64,000 nucleotides of DNA from an uncultured Candidatus Binatia bacterium (GCA_964291295.2 OZ219754.1:2880001-2944000), one strand, 5' to 3'; counted from the first letter of the stretch, positions 1 to 10,242 are shown. Notes: a model not told the origin generated them from the letters alone. Translations and numbers: made by a program.

Positions 1-226
1 CGCACACGAGATATCTTTCGTCCACCGTAAAGAACCGGTTGTCCATCCAGTCCATGGGAAGGGGAATGTGGCGACAGCGGTTCAGGTAGGCGAACAGTTC
101 GCCCTCGTACCCGAACACGAAGCCCTCCAGGCTCTCGCCACGGCAGCGTAGCCTGAACTTCCGGCTGGTGCCGTCGGGGAAATCCTCCCTGCGTCCGATA
201 CGCTTGCCTACCCGACGTCTTGCCAT
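1..226 (-). CDS. Rieske [2Fe-2S] domain protein (3'-truncated by window edge; absent from ORF track)
   Basis: Manual translation from ATG at 226: MARRRVGKRIGRREDFPDGTSRKF...AYLNRCRHIPLPMDWMDNRFFTVDERYLVC; CxH motif; paralogous to upstream gene. Confidence 0.85.
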   Translation of the reverse strand, partial: MARRRVGKRIGRREDFPDGTSRKFRLRCRGESLEGFVFGYEGELFAYLNRCRHIPLPMDWMDNRFFTVDERYLVC

Positions 227-229
227 GTG

Positions 230-718
230 TCAGTCCGCCATCTCCCGCAGGAAGGACAGCTCTCCCGGCGGACAGCCTACAACGATCGCCCCCCCATCGA
301 CAACCACCGGGAGGGCATGCAACGAGAGCCCCCGGCAGGGGCCTTCCACGCACAGCCCCGTGTCGGGCTCGTAGAGGGCGCCGTGGGTGGCGCACATCAG
401 GTGGTTGCCGTCATCGCTCCAGAATCGGTAGCGAACGAAGTCCAGGGGCGTGACCATGTGGCGGCAGCTGTTGACATATGCGTGGAACCGCCCCCGATGG
501 TTGACCACGAAACAGGCGATTCGAAACTTCCCGCAGACAAGCGAAAACTTCCTGACCGCCCCGGCCGGGACTTCGTCGACCCCGGCCACCACCCTGCCTC
601 CGGGGTGCCCCTCCTTCACCATGCGCGCCCGGTCCCGCCTGAAGCGAAGCCGGCGCACCGTCAACGCCACCAGATACACGCCCAGGAAAAGCGCCGATGC
701 ATAAAAGGTCAGTTCCAT
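230..718 (-). CDS. Rieske [2Fe-2S] protein with N-terminal membrane anchor
   Basis: NSCRH ... CATHGALY ... GPC motifs; hydrophobic N-terminus FYASALFLGVYLVALTV. Confidence 0.88.
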   Translation of the reverse strand: MELTFYASALFLGVYLVALTVRRLRFRRDRARMVKEGHPGGRVVAGVDEVPAGAVRKFSLVCGKFRIACFVVNHRGRFHAYVNSCRHMVTPLDFVRYRFWSDDGNHLMCATHGALYEPDTGLCVEGPCRGLSLHALPVVVDGGAIVVGCPPGELSFLREMAD

Positions 719-794
719 GACTGGACACTCGGCCGCCCGCGCCGTTCTTCCGCAGGAAGGGAGAGCCGCAATGGGGTCGGGCCGAGCCCCGCTG

Positions 795-1121
795 CTACGA
801 TTCGGAGGGTTTCTCGCCGCCCTTGCGGATGCGTTCCACGTCGCCCGGCGTCTGCCGTTCGTTGATGCCCATGACCTTCAACAACTGGTTGGTCATGTCC
901 GCGGTGAGGCGATCCCGCACGCTCCCGCGACCGTCCGGATCGGCCTTGAGAAAGCGCATGATCTTCTCGGGGCGGACCCCGGTCTCCTCCAGCCGGTCCA
1001 GCATCTCGCTGAAACCCACCTGACCGCCGCAGGCCTGGACCTGTTGCTCCAGCCGCCGGCACTCCTTGCAGTTGCGGGCCAGGACGCCGGCCCGTTCACC
1101 GCAGTAAGCACAGTTTGCCAT
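795..1121 (-). CDS. Hypothetical protein with N-terminal zinc ribbon (CxxC...CxxC)
   Basis: MANCAYCGERAGVLARNCKEC; start placed at ATG 1121 within ORF 795..1214. Confidence 0.7.
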   Translation of the reverse strand: MANCAYCGERAGVLARNCKECRRLEQQVQACGGQVGFSEMLDRLEETGVRPEKIMRFLKADPDGRGSVRDRLTADMTNQLLKVMGINERQTPGDVERIRKGGEKPSES

Positions 1122-1173
1122 GTATCCGTTACCTGCCGCCCTGAGGACGTGCCGCCCGCGGGCACGGGATGCG

Positions 1174-2019
1174 TCACTCCGGCGGCCGGGCCAGCAGTTC
1201 CTGGATCCTCGCACTGGCGGTCCCGCTCCCGGCCACCAACTGCCGGAGCACGGGCTCCCGCCGGTTGAACACCGGCTGTTCGCCCTCCCCTGTCATGGTG
1301 CGGCCGCCGGCCTCCTCGACCAGGACGACGCCGGCGCACACGTCCCATTCCCGGACCCGGCGAAAGGTCAGCGTGGCATCGGCGCTTCCCCGGGCCACCA
1401 GAGCCAGGCGCCAAGCGATGCTGCCCTTGGACTCGAGCGCGAACTCCCGGGCCAGGCCGGCCAGACGGCGGCGCGGCTCGGCCCGGCTGACCAGCAGCCT
1501 CGGGCGCCCGTGGCTGTCGGGACGGCACACCTGGAGAGGCGTCCCGTTCAGCCGGGCACCGCCGCCCTTCACCGCGCTGAAAAGCTCCGCCCGAAGCGGG
1601 TGGCAGATGACGCCGAGCACCGGGAGTCCGTCCACCGCAAGCCCGATGGACACGCAGAACTCCGGGATCCCGCGAATGAACTCCCGGGTGCCGTCCAGCG
1701 GATCCACGATCCACACCCGGCGCCGCTCCAGCCGCCCGACATCGTCGGCGTCTTCCTCCGAAAGCCACGCATCTTCCGGAAATTGCGCGGCCAGGATCTC
1801 GCGAATGGCGCGGTTGGCCGCGAGGTCCGCGGTGGTCACCGGGTTGCCGCGGGACTTCTCTCGAACATCGTAGTCGCCGCGGTAGAACTCCGCGACGATC
1901 TCGCCCGCCTTTCTGGCCGCCTTCTCCGCCGTCCGAAGCTCCGCCGCCCAGGCGGCTGGCGGCTCGCCCGAGGGTGGACCGCCGGGGGCTGCCCCAAGCC
2001 CCCGGCCCACGCCGGACAT
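1174..2019 (-). CDS. cysQ: Inositol monophosphatase family / CysQ-like 3'(2'),5'-bisphosphate nucleotidase
   Basis: PVTTAD, LSEE, WIVDPLDGTREF, EWDVCAG motifs; start uncertain (2019-2127). Confidence 0.8.
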   Translation of the reverse strand: MSGVGRGLGAAPGGPPSGEPPAAWAAELRTAEKAARKAGEIVAEFYRGDYDVREKSRGNPVTTADLAANRAIREILAAQFPEDAWLSEEDADDVGRLERRRVWIVDPLDGTREFIRGIPEFCVSIGLAVDGLPVLGVICHPLRAELFSAVKGGGARLNGTPLQVCRPDSHGRPRLLVSRAEPRRRLAGLAREFALESKGSIAWRLALVARGSADATLTFRRVREWDVCAGVVLVEEAGGRTMTGEGEQPVFNRREPVLRQLVAGSGTASARIQELLARPPE

Positions 2020-2148
2020 GGACTGTCCGCCGGAACCAGGCTGTCCGCTGGACAGAGGCGGATCCAGGGGTCCATACTGCGGTGCGGCCATTTGCGGTGG
2101 AGCCATTACCTCAAGTATAGCGAACACTCCGACAAGACGCGAAGAGCG

Positions 2149-2895
2149 ATGCCTTCACGACCGATCACCAGACCCAGGGCCGTCTTCCTGGACGCCGCCG
2201 GCACCCTGTTCGAATCCGTCAGACCGGTTGCGGTCACCTATGCGGAGTTGGCCCGGCGGTACGGCAAGAACATCCCCTCCGAAGAGGTTTCAAGACGTTT
2301 CCACCACTGTTTCGCCACCGCCCCTCCCATGGCGTTTCCCGGATCGGACGGCCCGGGCCTGCGGGCACTGGAACGGGCCTGGTGGCACGACGTGGTACGA
2401 CGTGTCTTCGAGCCCGCCGGACCCTTTCCCCGTTTCGAAGACTGCTTCGACGAACTCTTCGCCTACTTCGACCGCACCGACTCGTGGGCGCTCTACGACG
2501 ACACCCGCGCCACGCTGAAGGTCCTGAAGGAGCGTGGTCTCATCCTGGTGATGATCTCGAACTTCGACTCGCGCGTGCTGAAGATCATCCGCGGGCTCGG
2601 CGTGGCCCACTACTTCGACTCGGTCTTCATCTCCAGCAGCGCGGGGTTCGCCAAACCCTCGGCGGGGATATTCCACCTCGCGCTGGAGCGCCACGGCATC
2701 GCCCCGGACCAGGTCATCCACGTGGGCGACAGCCCGGAAACCGATGTCGAAGGTGCGCTGAACGCCGGCATCCTGCCCGTCCTGCTGGACCGGCGGGACG
2801 GCGCCCGCCACGCCCGCGCCGTCCGCATCGGCGGGCTCCGCGAGTTGATGCGTCTGGTCGACTCGTCTAGATTACCGGAAACGGGTTCAAGCTGA
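2149..2895 (+). CDS. HAD-IA family hydrolase (REG-2-like)
   Basis: FLDAAGTL motif I, ISNFD motif II, KP..IF, HVGD...DV motif IV; real start inside long ORF 1120..2895. Confidence 0.85.
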   Translation: MPSRPITRPRAVFLDAAGTLFESVRPVAVTYAELARRYGKNIPSEEVSRRFHHCFATAPPMAFPGSDGPGLRALERAWWHDVVRRVFEPAGPFPRFEDCFDELFAYFDRTDSWALYDDTRATLKVLKERGLILVMISNFDSRVLKIIRGLGVAHYFDSVFISSSAGFAKPSAGIFHLALERHGIAPDQVIHVGDSPETDVEGALNAGILPVLLDRRDGARHARAVRIGGLRELMRLVDSSRLPETGSS

Positions 2896-2916
2896 CATTC
2901 GACGGGAGGTCATACC

Positions 2917-3936
2917 ATGGCGGTCATCGACGCGGACGCGCACGTGCTGGAGACCAGGCAGACTTGGGAGTACATGGAGGGTGCCGAAAAGACCTATCGG
3001 CCCCGGATCGTCACGGCCGACGGTGGCGCGGGCGAGTACTGGCTCGTGGACGGCCGACTCTTCGCGAAGTCCGACAACGTCGGCCGCGACACGCCCGAGG
3101 CGTCCCGCGAGATGTCCGACATCGCCGCGCGCCTGCGCCACATGGACGAGATGGGCGTATCCATCCAGGTGCTCTACCCCACCCTCTTCCTGCGCCCGGT
3201 CACCGACAAGCCCGAAGTGGAGATGGCGTTGTGCAAGAGCTACAACCGCTGGCTGTGCGACATCTGGAAGGCCGGTCGGGACCGCCTCCGGTGGGCCGCG
3301 ATCCTGCCGCTGCGCACCATGGACGAGGCCCTGAAGGAGCTGGACTTCGTGCGTCAGCACGGCGCCTGCGGCGTCTACGTCCCCGGCCTCGTCGGCGACC
3401 GGCGCCTCAGCGACCCCTGCTTCACCCCGCTCTACGAGGCCCTGAGCGACGCCGACCTGCCGCTGTGCGTGCATTCGGCCACCGGCAGCTTCACCCAGCA
3501 CGACCTCTTCTTCGACGAACCCGGCTTCAACAAGTTCAAGCTCGCGGTGGTCGGAGCCTTTCATTCGGTGATCTGGGATCGTGTTCCCGAGCGATTTCCG
3601 AGACTGCGCATGGGTTTCGTCGAGGTCAGCGCACAATGGGTCCCCTACGTGTTCCACGACCTCGCCAAGCGCTTCCGGCAGAAGCGCGGCATCGAGCTGT
3701 CCCGCAGTTTTCTCAAGGACAACCGCATCTTCGTGGCCTGCCAGACCGACGACGACCTGGACTACGTGCTGGCATACACCGGCGACGACAACCTCGTCAT
3801 CGGCACCGACTACGGCCACAACGACACATCGAGCGAGATCGAGGCGCTGAAGAAACTGAAGGACGACGGCAAGCTCGCCCCCGCTTCGGTGGCCAGGATC
3901 CTGGACGACAATCCCCGGGCCCTGTACGGTTTCTGA
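2917..3936 (+). CDS. Amidohydrolase-2 family metal-dependent hydrolase/decarboxylase
   Basis: IDADAHVLE, LCVH, GTDYGHND motifs; GGAGG RBS upstream. Confidence 0.88.
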   Translation: MAVIDADAHVLETRQTWEYMEGAEKTYRPRIVTADGGAGEYWLVDGRLFAKSDNVGRDTPEASREMSDIAARLRHMDEMGVSIQVLYPTLFLRPVTDKPEVEMALCKSYNRWLCDIWKAGRDRLRWAAILPLRTMDEALKELDFVRQHGACGVYVPGLVGDRRLSDPCFTPLYEALSDADLPLCVHSATGSFTQHDLFFDEPGFNKFKLAVVGAFHSVIWDRVPERFPRLRMGFVEVSAQWVPYVFHDLAKRFRQKRGIELSRSFLKDNRIFVACQTDDDLDYVLAYTGDDNLVIGTDYGHNDTSSEIEALKKLKDDGKLAPASVARILDDNPRALYGF

Positions 3937-4133
3937 CCCTCCCGCCCGGACAGCCCAACGGTGCTCACGAACAGCGCGGAATTCGCGTGACCCCGGCCGA
4001 TGCCGCGCCGCCGTTCCCGGCATCCACGGGATGCCACCGGCGGTAAACATCCCCAGGCCGTTTGTCTCCAGGCCGCTTCCGCAGCCGCCTGTACCGGGCG
4101 CATCAAAGGACCGCGGCGCGGCTGAAAGGCATC

Positions 4134-6359
4134 ATGATGGCAGATCGTCAATTGAGATACGTCGGCGCCAACATCCCCAGGGTGGACGGCTTCGACAAGG
4201 TTACGGGCCGGGCCAGGTACACCGGAGACCTGGAGGTCTCCGGCATGCTTCACGGCCACGTGCTGCGCAGCCCCCATGCGCACGCCCTCATCGACGACAT
4301 CGACACGGCCGCCGCCGAGCAGCTGCCGGGCGTCGCTGGCGTCCTCACCGGACGGGATGTGGCGGACCTCGACCCCCACTATGCCGGCCGCCCGCTGATC
4401 GCGCTGGAACGCGTCCGTTACGCCGGCGAACCGGTGGCGGTGGTGGCCGCCGAGGACCCCCTGGCCGCCGAACAGGCGGCCGCCGCCGTCCACGTGACCT
4501 ACCGGGAGTTGCCCGCCGCACTGGACATCGCCGCCGCCCTGGCCGCGGACGCGGTGCGGGTTCACGAGGACCGGAGTGACAACATCTGCGGCCACGACCA
4601 GGTGCGGCGCGGCGATGTGGCCGAAGGGTTCGCGCAATCCGAACACATCTTCGAGCACCACTTCACCTTCCCGATGGTCTACCACTACTCGATGGAGCCT
4701 CACGGCGTCATCGCCGACTACCAGCCCGACCGCATCACGCTGTGGTCGTCCGCGCAGCACCCGTTCCTGGTCCAGGCGGACCTGGCGCGCATCTTCGGGT
4801 TTCCGGCCAGCAGGGTGAGCCTGAACGTCCCCTACCTGGGAGGCGGCTTCGGAGGCAAGTCCTACGCCAAGATCGAGCCCCTGGTGGTGGCGGCCTCGCG
4901 CAAGGTGGGACGGCCGGTGCGGGTGTGCCTGTCGGTACCGGAAGCCATGATCACGGTGCGGCGGCACAGCGCCCGGATACGCCTGAAGACCGGCGTCGCG
5001 CGGGACGGCACGATGGTGGCCCGGGAGGCGGAGATCCATCTGGACACCGGCGCCTACATGGACAACGGGCCGCAGGTGGCCGCCCGGGCCGCCACCCGGG
5101 TGCTGGGGCCCTACCGCATCCCCCACATTCACACCGATGCCTACGCGGTCTACACGCACACCGGCGGTGCCGGCTCCTTCCGTTCCATCGGCGGGCCCCA
5201 GTCCATCTTCGCCGGCGAGAGTCAGATGAACATGATCGCCGCACGACTCGGCATGGACCCGGCCGAGTTGCGGCTCAGGAACCTGCTCAGGCGCGGCGAG
5301 GTGCTGCGCCCCGGACTCCGTCCCCTGGACGTGAATCTGACCGCGACCCTCCGGCGGCTGGTCACGGCCAGCCGCTGGAAGAAACGGGCCGGCAGGGCCG
5401 GCGCGCCCGTGGGACTGGCCTGCGGCATGACCAACGCCGGCGGCCAACCCATCACCGTAGCCATGGTGCGGCTTCAGGCCGACGGTGCCGCCGCCATCAT
5501 GGCCGGCAGCACCGAGATGGGACAGGGGGTCCGGACCGTGCTGTCGCAGTTCGTGGGCGAGGAACTGCAATTGCCGCTGGAACGGATTCGCATGGCCGGG
5601 GCGGACACGGCGGTCACGCCCTATGACCGCTCCACCGGCTCCAGTCGCTCCACCACGCTCATGGGGCGGGCCGTGCAGTCGGCGGCCCGGGACGTGAAGC
5701 GTCAGCTCCTGAGGATCGGCGCGGCGGTATTCGGGGTACGGCCCGGCCAGGTCCGCCTGGTGGACGGTGCGCTGGTTTGCGGCGAGGCACGGATGTCCTT
5801 CGCCGAGGCCCTTCAGAAACGCTTCGGTGCCGCCGCCGGCGAACTCATCGGTACCGGCACCGTGGGACCGGAGATCATCAATGACGTGCTGCCGGTGGTC
5901 TGGGAGGTGGGCATGGGTGCGGTGGAACTGACAGTTGACGGCGAGACCGGGGCCATCTCGGTGGCCGACTACCTGTCCGTGGCCGACGTGGGCAAGGCCA
6001 TCAATCCCGTTCAGTGCGAGGGTCAGGAAGAAGGCGCGGCCATGATGGGCATCGGCCACACCTTGTTCGAACAGATGGTCCACGAGGGAGGACAACTCAT
6101 CAACTCCGGCCTCGTGGATTACCGCATCCCGTCGTTCTCGGACATGCCCCGCAGTTTCCACACGGTGCTGGTGGAAAACGGCGACGGTCTCGGCCCCTAC
6201 GGCAGCCGGGGCATGGGCGAAGGCGGCATCTTCTCGGTGGCCCCCGCCATCACCGGCGCCCTGGCCCGTGCCACCGGCGCGGAAATCTGCCACCTGCCGC
6301 TCACGCCGGAGCGAGTGTGGCGCTCACTGCGGGCCGGTGGCGGAGACCGTGGCGGATGA
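4134..6359 (+). CDS. Xanthine dehydrogenase/CoxL family molybdopterin-binding subunit (no adjacent FAD or FeS subunit)
   Basis: [48 protein letters not shown] motifs. Confidence 0.9.
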   Translation: MMADRQLRYVGANIPRVDGFDKVTGRARYTGDLEVSGMLHGHVLRSPHAHALIDDIDTAAAEQLPGVAGVLTGRDVADLDPHYAGRPLIALERVRYAGEPVAVVAAEDPLAAEQAAAAVHVTYRELPAALDIAAALAADAVRVHEDRSDNICGHDQVRRGDVAEGFAQSEHIFEHHFTFPMVYHYSMEPHGVIADYQPDRITLWSSAQHPFLVQADLARIFGFPASRVSLNVPYLGGGFGGKSYAKIEPLVVAASRKVGRPVRVCLSVPEAMITVRRHSARIRLKTGVARDGTMVAREAEIHLDTGAYMDNGPQVAARAATRVLGPYRIPHIHTDAYAVYTHTGGAGSFRSIGGPQSIFAGESQMNMIAARLGMDPAELRLRNLLRRGEVLRPGLRPLDVNLTATLRRLVTASRWKKRAGRAGAPVGLACGMTNAGGQPITVAMVRLQADGAAAIMAGSTEMGQGVRTVLSQFVGEELQLPLERIRMAGADTAVTPYDRSTGSSRSTTLMGRAVQSAARDVKRQLLRIGAAVFGVRPGQVRLVDGALVCGEARMSFAEALQKRFGAAAGELIGTGTVGPEIINDVLPVVWEVGMGAVELTVDGETGAISVADYLSVADVGKAINPVQCEGQEEGAAMMGIGHTLFEQMVHEGGQLINSGLVDYRIPSFSDMPRSFHTVLVENGDGLGPYGSRGMGEGGIFSVAPAITGALARATGAEICHLPLTPERVWRSLRAGGGDRGG

Positions 6360-7222
6360 AGATCCGCGATTGCTTCGGTCGGCGGCAGCCGCTGTTCTCC
6401 TTCGAGTTCTTCCCGCCCAGGGACGACCGCGGAGTCGACGCACTGTTCGAAACCGTGGCCAATCTCAAGCCGCTGGGGCCGGCTTTCGTCTCCGTCACAT
6501 ATGGAGCCGGAGGCGGCACCCGGGAAAGGACCGTGGCCATCACCCGGCGGATCAAGCACGAAGCCGGCATCGAGGCCATGGCGCACCTCACTTGCGTCGG
6601 GCACGGCCGGGAGGAGATCGGTCAACTCCTGGATGAATACGATGCCGCAGGCATCGAGAACATCATGGCGCTGCGGGGGGACCCGCCCCGCAGCGCCACG
6701 GAGTTCGTTCCCCATCCCCGGGGGTTCACGCATGCCGATGGACTGATCACGTTCATCCGCCAGCGGAAGGACTTCTGTATCGGCGGCGCGGGCTACCCCG
6801 AGGTACACCCCGAGGCGCCCGGCCCGGAGGCGGACCTGCGCAATCTCAAGCGGAAGATCGATGCCGGTGCCGACTTCGTCGTGACCCAGCTCTTCTTCGA
6901 CGAGCGCGCCTACTTCGATTTCGTCTCACGGGCCCGGGCGGAACAGATCGACACCCCCATCATCCCGGGCGTGATGCCGGTCACCAACATCGCCCAGATC
7001 AGGCGCTTCACCCGGCTGTGCGGCGCCACCCTGCCCGGCGCCCTGCTGGCGAAACTGGATGCGGTGGCCGACGATCCCGGCGCGGTCGTCGAGGTGGGCG
7101 TCGAACACGCCACGCGGCAGTGCCGGGCCTTGCTGGAAGGGGGCGCGCCGGGGATCCACTTCTACACCCTCAACCGTTCCCTCTCCACCCGGAAGATCGT
7201 CGCCAACCTGCGGGGCGAATAG
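6356..7222 (+). CDS. metF: 5,10-methylenetetrahydrofolate reductase
   Basis: SFEFFPP, SVTYGAGG, AHLTC, ALRGDPP, GYPEVH, TQLFF, HFYTLN; ATGA overlap with upstream gene. Confidence 0.95.
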   Translation: MKIRDCFGRRQPLFSFEFFPPRDDRGVDALFETVANLKPLGPAFVSVTYGAGGGTRERTVAITRRIKHEAGIEAMAHLTCVGHGREEIGQLLDEYDAAGIENIMALRGDPPRSATEFVPHPRGFTHADGLITFIRQRKDFCIGGAGYPEVHPEAPGPEADLRNLKRKIDAGADFVVTQLFFDERAYFDFVSRARAEQIDTPIIPGVMPVTNIAQIRRFTRLCGATLPGALLAKLDAVADDPGAVVEVGVEHATRQCRALLEGGAPGIHFYTLNRSLSTRKIVANLRGE

Positions 7223-7224
7223 CA

Positions 7225-7257
7225 AGGGGGCCGGGAGCGCGATGCCCCCGACCCCCT
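7225..7257. terminator. GC-rich hairpin between convergent metF and ubiD genes
   Basis: aggggg-c-cggg...cccg-a-ccccct inverted repeat; no clear U-tract. Confidence 0.4.
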
Positions 7258-7281
7258 GATGCGGTTACCCGGGACGGACGT

Positions 7282-8769
7282 CTATCCTTCGATGACGTGG
7301 CGCCACTTGTCGAACACCTTTTTCTTGAGTTCGGGTGTCGACTCGGCCACCGGCGGGAAGTCCTTCATCCATTCGAAAGGCCGGGTGGCGTCGATGATGG
7401 CGCGGGAGTTGAAGCCCTTTTTGCCCGGCTGGATGCGCGGGTCGAGAGGGCCGCTCCAGCAGCGCCGCAGGATGTCGATGGAGTCCACCGGATCGGAACG
7501 GGTGGCCAGCGCCCAGAGCACGTCGAAAGTCCTGGTGGGGTCGATATCGTCGTCCACCACGATGACGTAACGGCCGAGGTAGGCGCCGGCGTGGACCTGC
7601 GAGGCCACCATTCCGGCCTGGCGCGCGTGACCCGGATAGCGTTGCTTGATGGAGATGATGTTAAGCAGGCGGCCGCCGCCGGCTTCGTGGCACCACACGC
7701 CCTTGACGTCCGGCACGCCGGCCTTTTCCACCTGGTCCCAGATGAGGGCGGCTTTCACCATGCACTTGGCGATGGAATAGTCCGACGGCGGCCGTCCGGG
7801 TCGGGCCGCGGTGAGGATCGGATCGTTGCGGTGATAGATCCGCTGCACCCGGATCAACGGCTCCGGGCGGCTGTTGCTGGCATAGTAGCCCGTCCACTCG
7901 CCGAACGGTCCCTCGGTGACGCGTTCCTCGGGGTCCATGTAGCCCTCGATGACGATCTCGGCATGGGCAGGGAACGGCAGCCCGGTCACCTCACCCTGGA
8001 GGACGTCGATGGGAGCACCCTTGAGCCCGCCGGCGTAGTCGTACTCCGACACGCCGTAGTCCACCTCGTTGCCGGACACCATGAACAGCACCGGGTCCTG
8101 GCCCACGCACACGATGACGGGACACTTCTCACCCCGGTCGAACCACTTGTCGCGCTGGATGCGGCCGTGCTTTCCGGGCGAGATGTAGACGTTCATGCTC
8201 TTCTCGTCCTGCACCATGCCGCGGTAGGTGCCGAAGTTCACCCAGCCCTCGTCCGGATCCTTCGTCACCACCAGGCAGCCGGTGCCGATGTAGCGTCCCC
8301 CGTCCAGCTCGTGCACGAAGGGCACCGGAAACTTGAGCAGGTTGACGTCGTCGCCCTTGAGCACGTTCTCCATCACCGGTCCGGTCTCGACCACCCGGTG
8401 CGGAATCGGGCTGTGCCGGGAGATCTTCTCGCGCGTGGCCCGCACCAGATCCAGGTCGGTCAGGTCGATGGGCAGGCCCAGGGCCAGCGCCATGCGCTTG
8501 AACGAGGCGTTCTGGGCGAACAGCACCCGGAATCCCTCGGGATAGTCCTTGATGTTGTCGTAGAGCACCGCGGGGACCGGCCCACTGCTTCCCTGGGCGA
8601 TGAGCTCGGAGAGCGTTCCCATCTCCAGGTTCCAGTCCACTCCGTCGACCTTCTTCAACTGGCCGAAACTCTCCACGATTTCCAGCCACTCCCGCAGGTC
8701 CGTATAACCGGGGGTTCCCCCGGCCCTGACTTCCTTCTCGGTGATCCTGGTTGCCTCAACAGCGGCCAT
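7282..8769 (-). CDS. UbiD family (prFMN-dependent) decarboxylase
   Basis: DGGRYIGT, NFGTYR, EGPFGEWTGYY, VVDDDIDP, LWALATR, IIDATRP. Confidence 0.92.
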   Translation of the reverse strand: MAAVEATRITEKEVRAGGTPGYTDLREWLEIVESFGQLKKVDGVDWNLEMGTLSELIAQGSSGPVPAVLYDNIKDYPEGFRVLFAQNASFKRMALALGLPIDLTDLDLVRATREKISRHSPIPHRVVETGPVMENVLKGDDVNLLKFPVPFVHELDGGRYIGTGCLVVTKDPDEGWVNFGTYRGMVQDEKSMNVYISPGKHGRIQRDKWFDRGEKCPVIVCVGQDPVLFMVSGNEVDYGVSEYDYAGGLKGAPIDVLQGEVTGLPFPAHAEIVIEGYMDPEERVTEGPFGEWTGYYASNSRPEPLIRVQRIYHRNDPILTAARPGRPPSDYSIAKCMVKAALIWDQVEKAGVPDVKGVWCHEAGGGRLLNIISIKQRYPGHARQAGMVASQVHAGAYLGRYVIVVDDDIDPTRTFDVLWALATRSDPVDSIDILRRCWSGPLDPRIQPGKKGFNSRAIIDATRPFEWMKDFPPVAESTPELKKKVFDKWRHVIEG

Positions 8770-8795
8770 ACAGTACTGGCTCCTTCCTTGGAAAT

Positions 8796-8865
8796 TCATC
8801 CATCAGCGTCATCCGTCAGCGTCATCCCTCTGCGTTGTCCCTCATCGTCACCCGCCGGCGTCCGC
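8796..8865 (+). repeat. Degenerate 13-bp tandem repeat (about 5 units) upstream of ubiD
   Basis: catcagcgtcatc / cgtcagcgtcatc / cctctgcgttgtc / cctcatcgtcacc / cgccggcgtccgc. Confidence 0.6.
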
Positions 8866-8916
8866 CTTTCGGCATCCGGCGTTTATACCGGGTCGCGGCA
8901 GACATTGCCAGCGCGG

Positions 8917-10110
8917 TCAGTCGCCCATCATGGTGTCGTCCATGCCCTCGGTGTCGTCCGCCGGCAGTCCGTTGCAACTCTCCGGGTCGAGGGTCAGACA
9001 GACCGGGGTGCCCACCGGCACGGCGTCGGCGGGATGGGTGTGCACCCGGATCAGCCGCTCCCGCACCTTCACCTGGCAGTGATACGCATCGCCCATGAAG
9101 ACGGCGTCGTTCAACGTTCCCCGCAACACGTTGTCGCTGGATGCGGGCGGCTGCGAGGTCACCGCGATGTTCTCGGGACGAATCGAGATCACCGCATCCG
9201 CACCCTTCTCCATGGGCACCGCGGGAGCGAACGCGAGCATGCCGAACTCGGTCTCGAGCCGGCCCGGATGGGAATCGGCTCCCGTCTCCACGACCTTCCC
9301 GGTGATGAGATTGGTCAGACCCAGGAAGGTGGCGGTGAACTTGCGCCTGGGTCTGGCGTAGAGCTGGTGAGGGTCGCCCACCTCGATGAGCCTGCCGCCG
9401 TGCATGACCGCGATCTGGTCGGAGATGGCCAGGGCTTCCGCCTGGTCGTGGGTGACGTAGATGGTGGTAATGCGGACCCGCCGCTGGAGCGCCTTGATCT
9501 CGAAACGCATCTGTTCCCGCAGCTTGGCGTCGAGGTTGCTGAGGGGTTCGTCCAACAGCATCACCTTGGGCTCGTTGATGAGCGCCCGGGCGAAAGCCAC
9601 CCGCTGCTGCTGCCCGCCGGAAAGCTTGGGGGCCGGCCGCTCCTCAAGGCCGGCCAGACCCACGATCCTGAGCACCTCCTCCACCCGGCTGCGGATCTCG
9701 GCCTTGGCACGGCGTTGAATGGTGAGCGGATAACCGACGTTCTCCGCCACCGTCATGTGCGGCCAGATGGCATAGGACTGGAACACCATGCCGATGGGTC
9801 GATGGTTGGGCGGCACATGGACCCCGCCGGACGAGTTGAACACCGGCTTGTCGTCGATGTCGATGACACCGCTCTCCGGCCGCTCCAGCCCGGCCACGCA
9901 GCGCAGCGTCGTGGTCTTGCCACAGCCGCTGGGCCCCAGGAACGTATAGAGCGAGCCCTCGGGGATGCTCAACGAAACGCCCTTGAGCACGTGGACCCTT
10001 TCGGACCCTTCCCCGAAGTATTTCTCGAGGTTGCCGATGCCCACCATCACCCTGCCGCCGTTCACCGGGTCGCCGTTCACTCCAGCGTCGTTTACCGTAT
10101 CGTCGTTCAC
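8917..10110 (-). CDS. ABC transporter ATP-binding subunit (PotA/FbpC-like, TOBE domain)
   Basis: [27 protein letters not shown]; GTG start with GGAGG RBS. Confidence 0.92.
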   Translation of the reverse strand: MNDDTVNDAGVNGDPVNGGRVMVGIGNLEKYFGEGSERVHVLKGVSLSIPEGSLYTFLGPSGCGKTTTLRCVAGLERPESGVIDIDDKPVFNSSGGVHVPPNHRPIGMVFQSYAIWPHMTVAENVGYPLTIQRRAKAEIRSRVEEVLRIVGLAGLEERPAPKLSGGQQQRVAFARALINEPKVMLLDEPLSNLDAKLREQMRFEIKALQRRVRITTIYVTHDQAEALAISDQIAVMHGGRLIEVGDPHQLYARPRRKFTATFLGLTNLITGKVVETGADSHPGRLETEFGMLAFAPAVPMEKGADAVISIRPENIAVTSQPPASSDNVLRGTLNDAVFMGDAYHCQVKVRERLIRVHTHPADAVPVGTPVCLTLDPESCNGLPADDTEGMDDTMMGD

Positions 10111-10214
10111 GGGCAGCCTCCGTTGCGGGCGCTGGCGCTCGGGTCGGTTCGGAACACGCCCACGAGCCCGGCATCCGGATGAGCCACCTATCGCATACCA
10201 AGCGTCGGATTACA

Positions 10215-10242
10215 ACTTGAAACCGGCGACTTGAACCCGGCG
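10215..10242. promoter_or_regulatory. 14-bp tandem direct repeat in divergent intergenic region (candidate operator)
   Basis: acttgaaaccggcg followed immediately by acttgaacccggcg. Confidence 0.35.

Noticed and set aside
3937-4133. Moco riboswitch before the Mo subunit
   Set aside because: A hairpin (ggcatcc-acg-ggatgcc) is present but I could not match the Moco RNA consensus
7018-10182. 1054-aa plus-strand ORF
   Set aside because: Antisense shadow of ubiD and the ABC ATPase in high-GC DNA; no motifs
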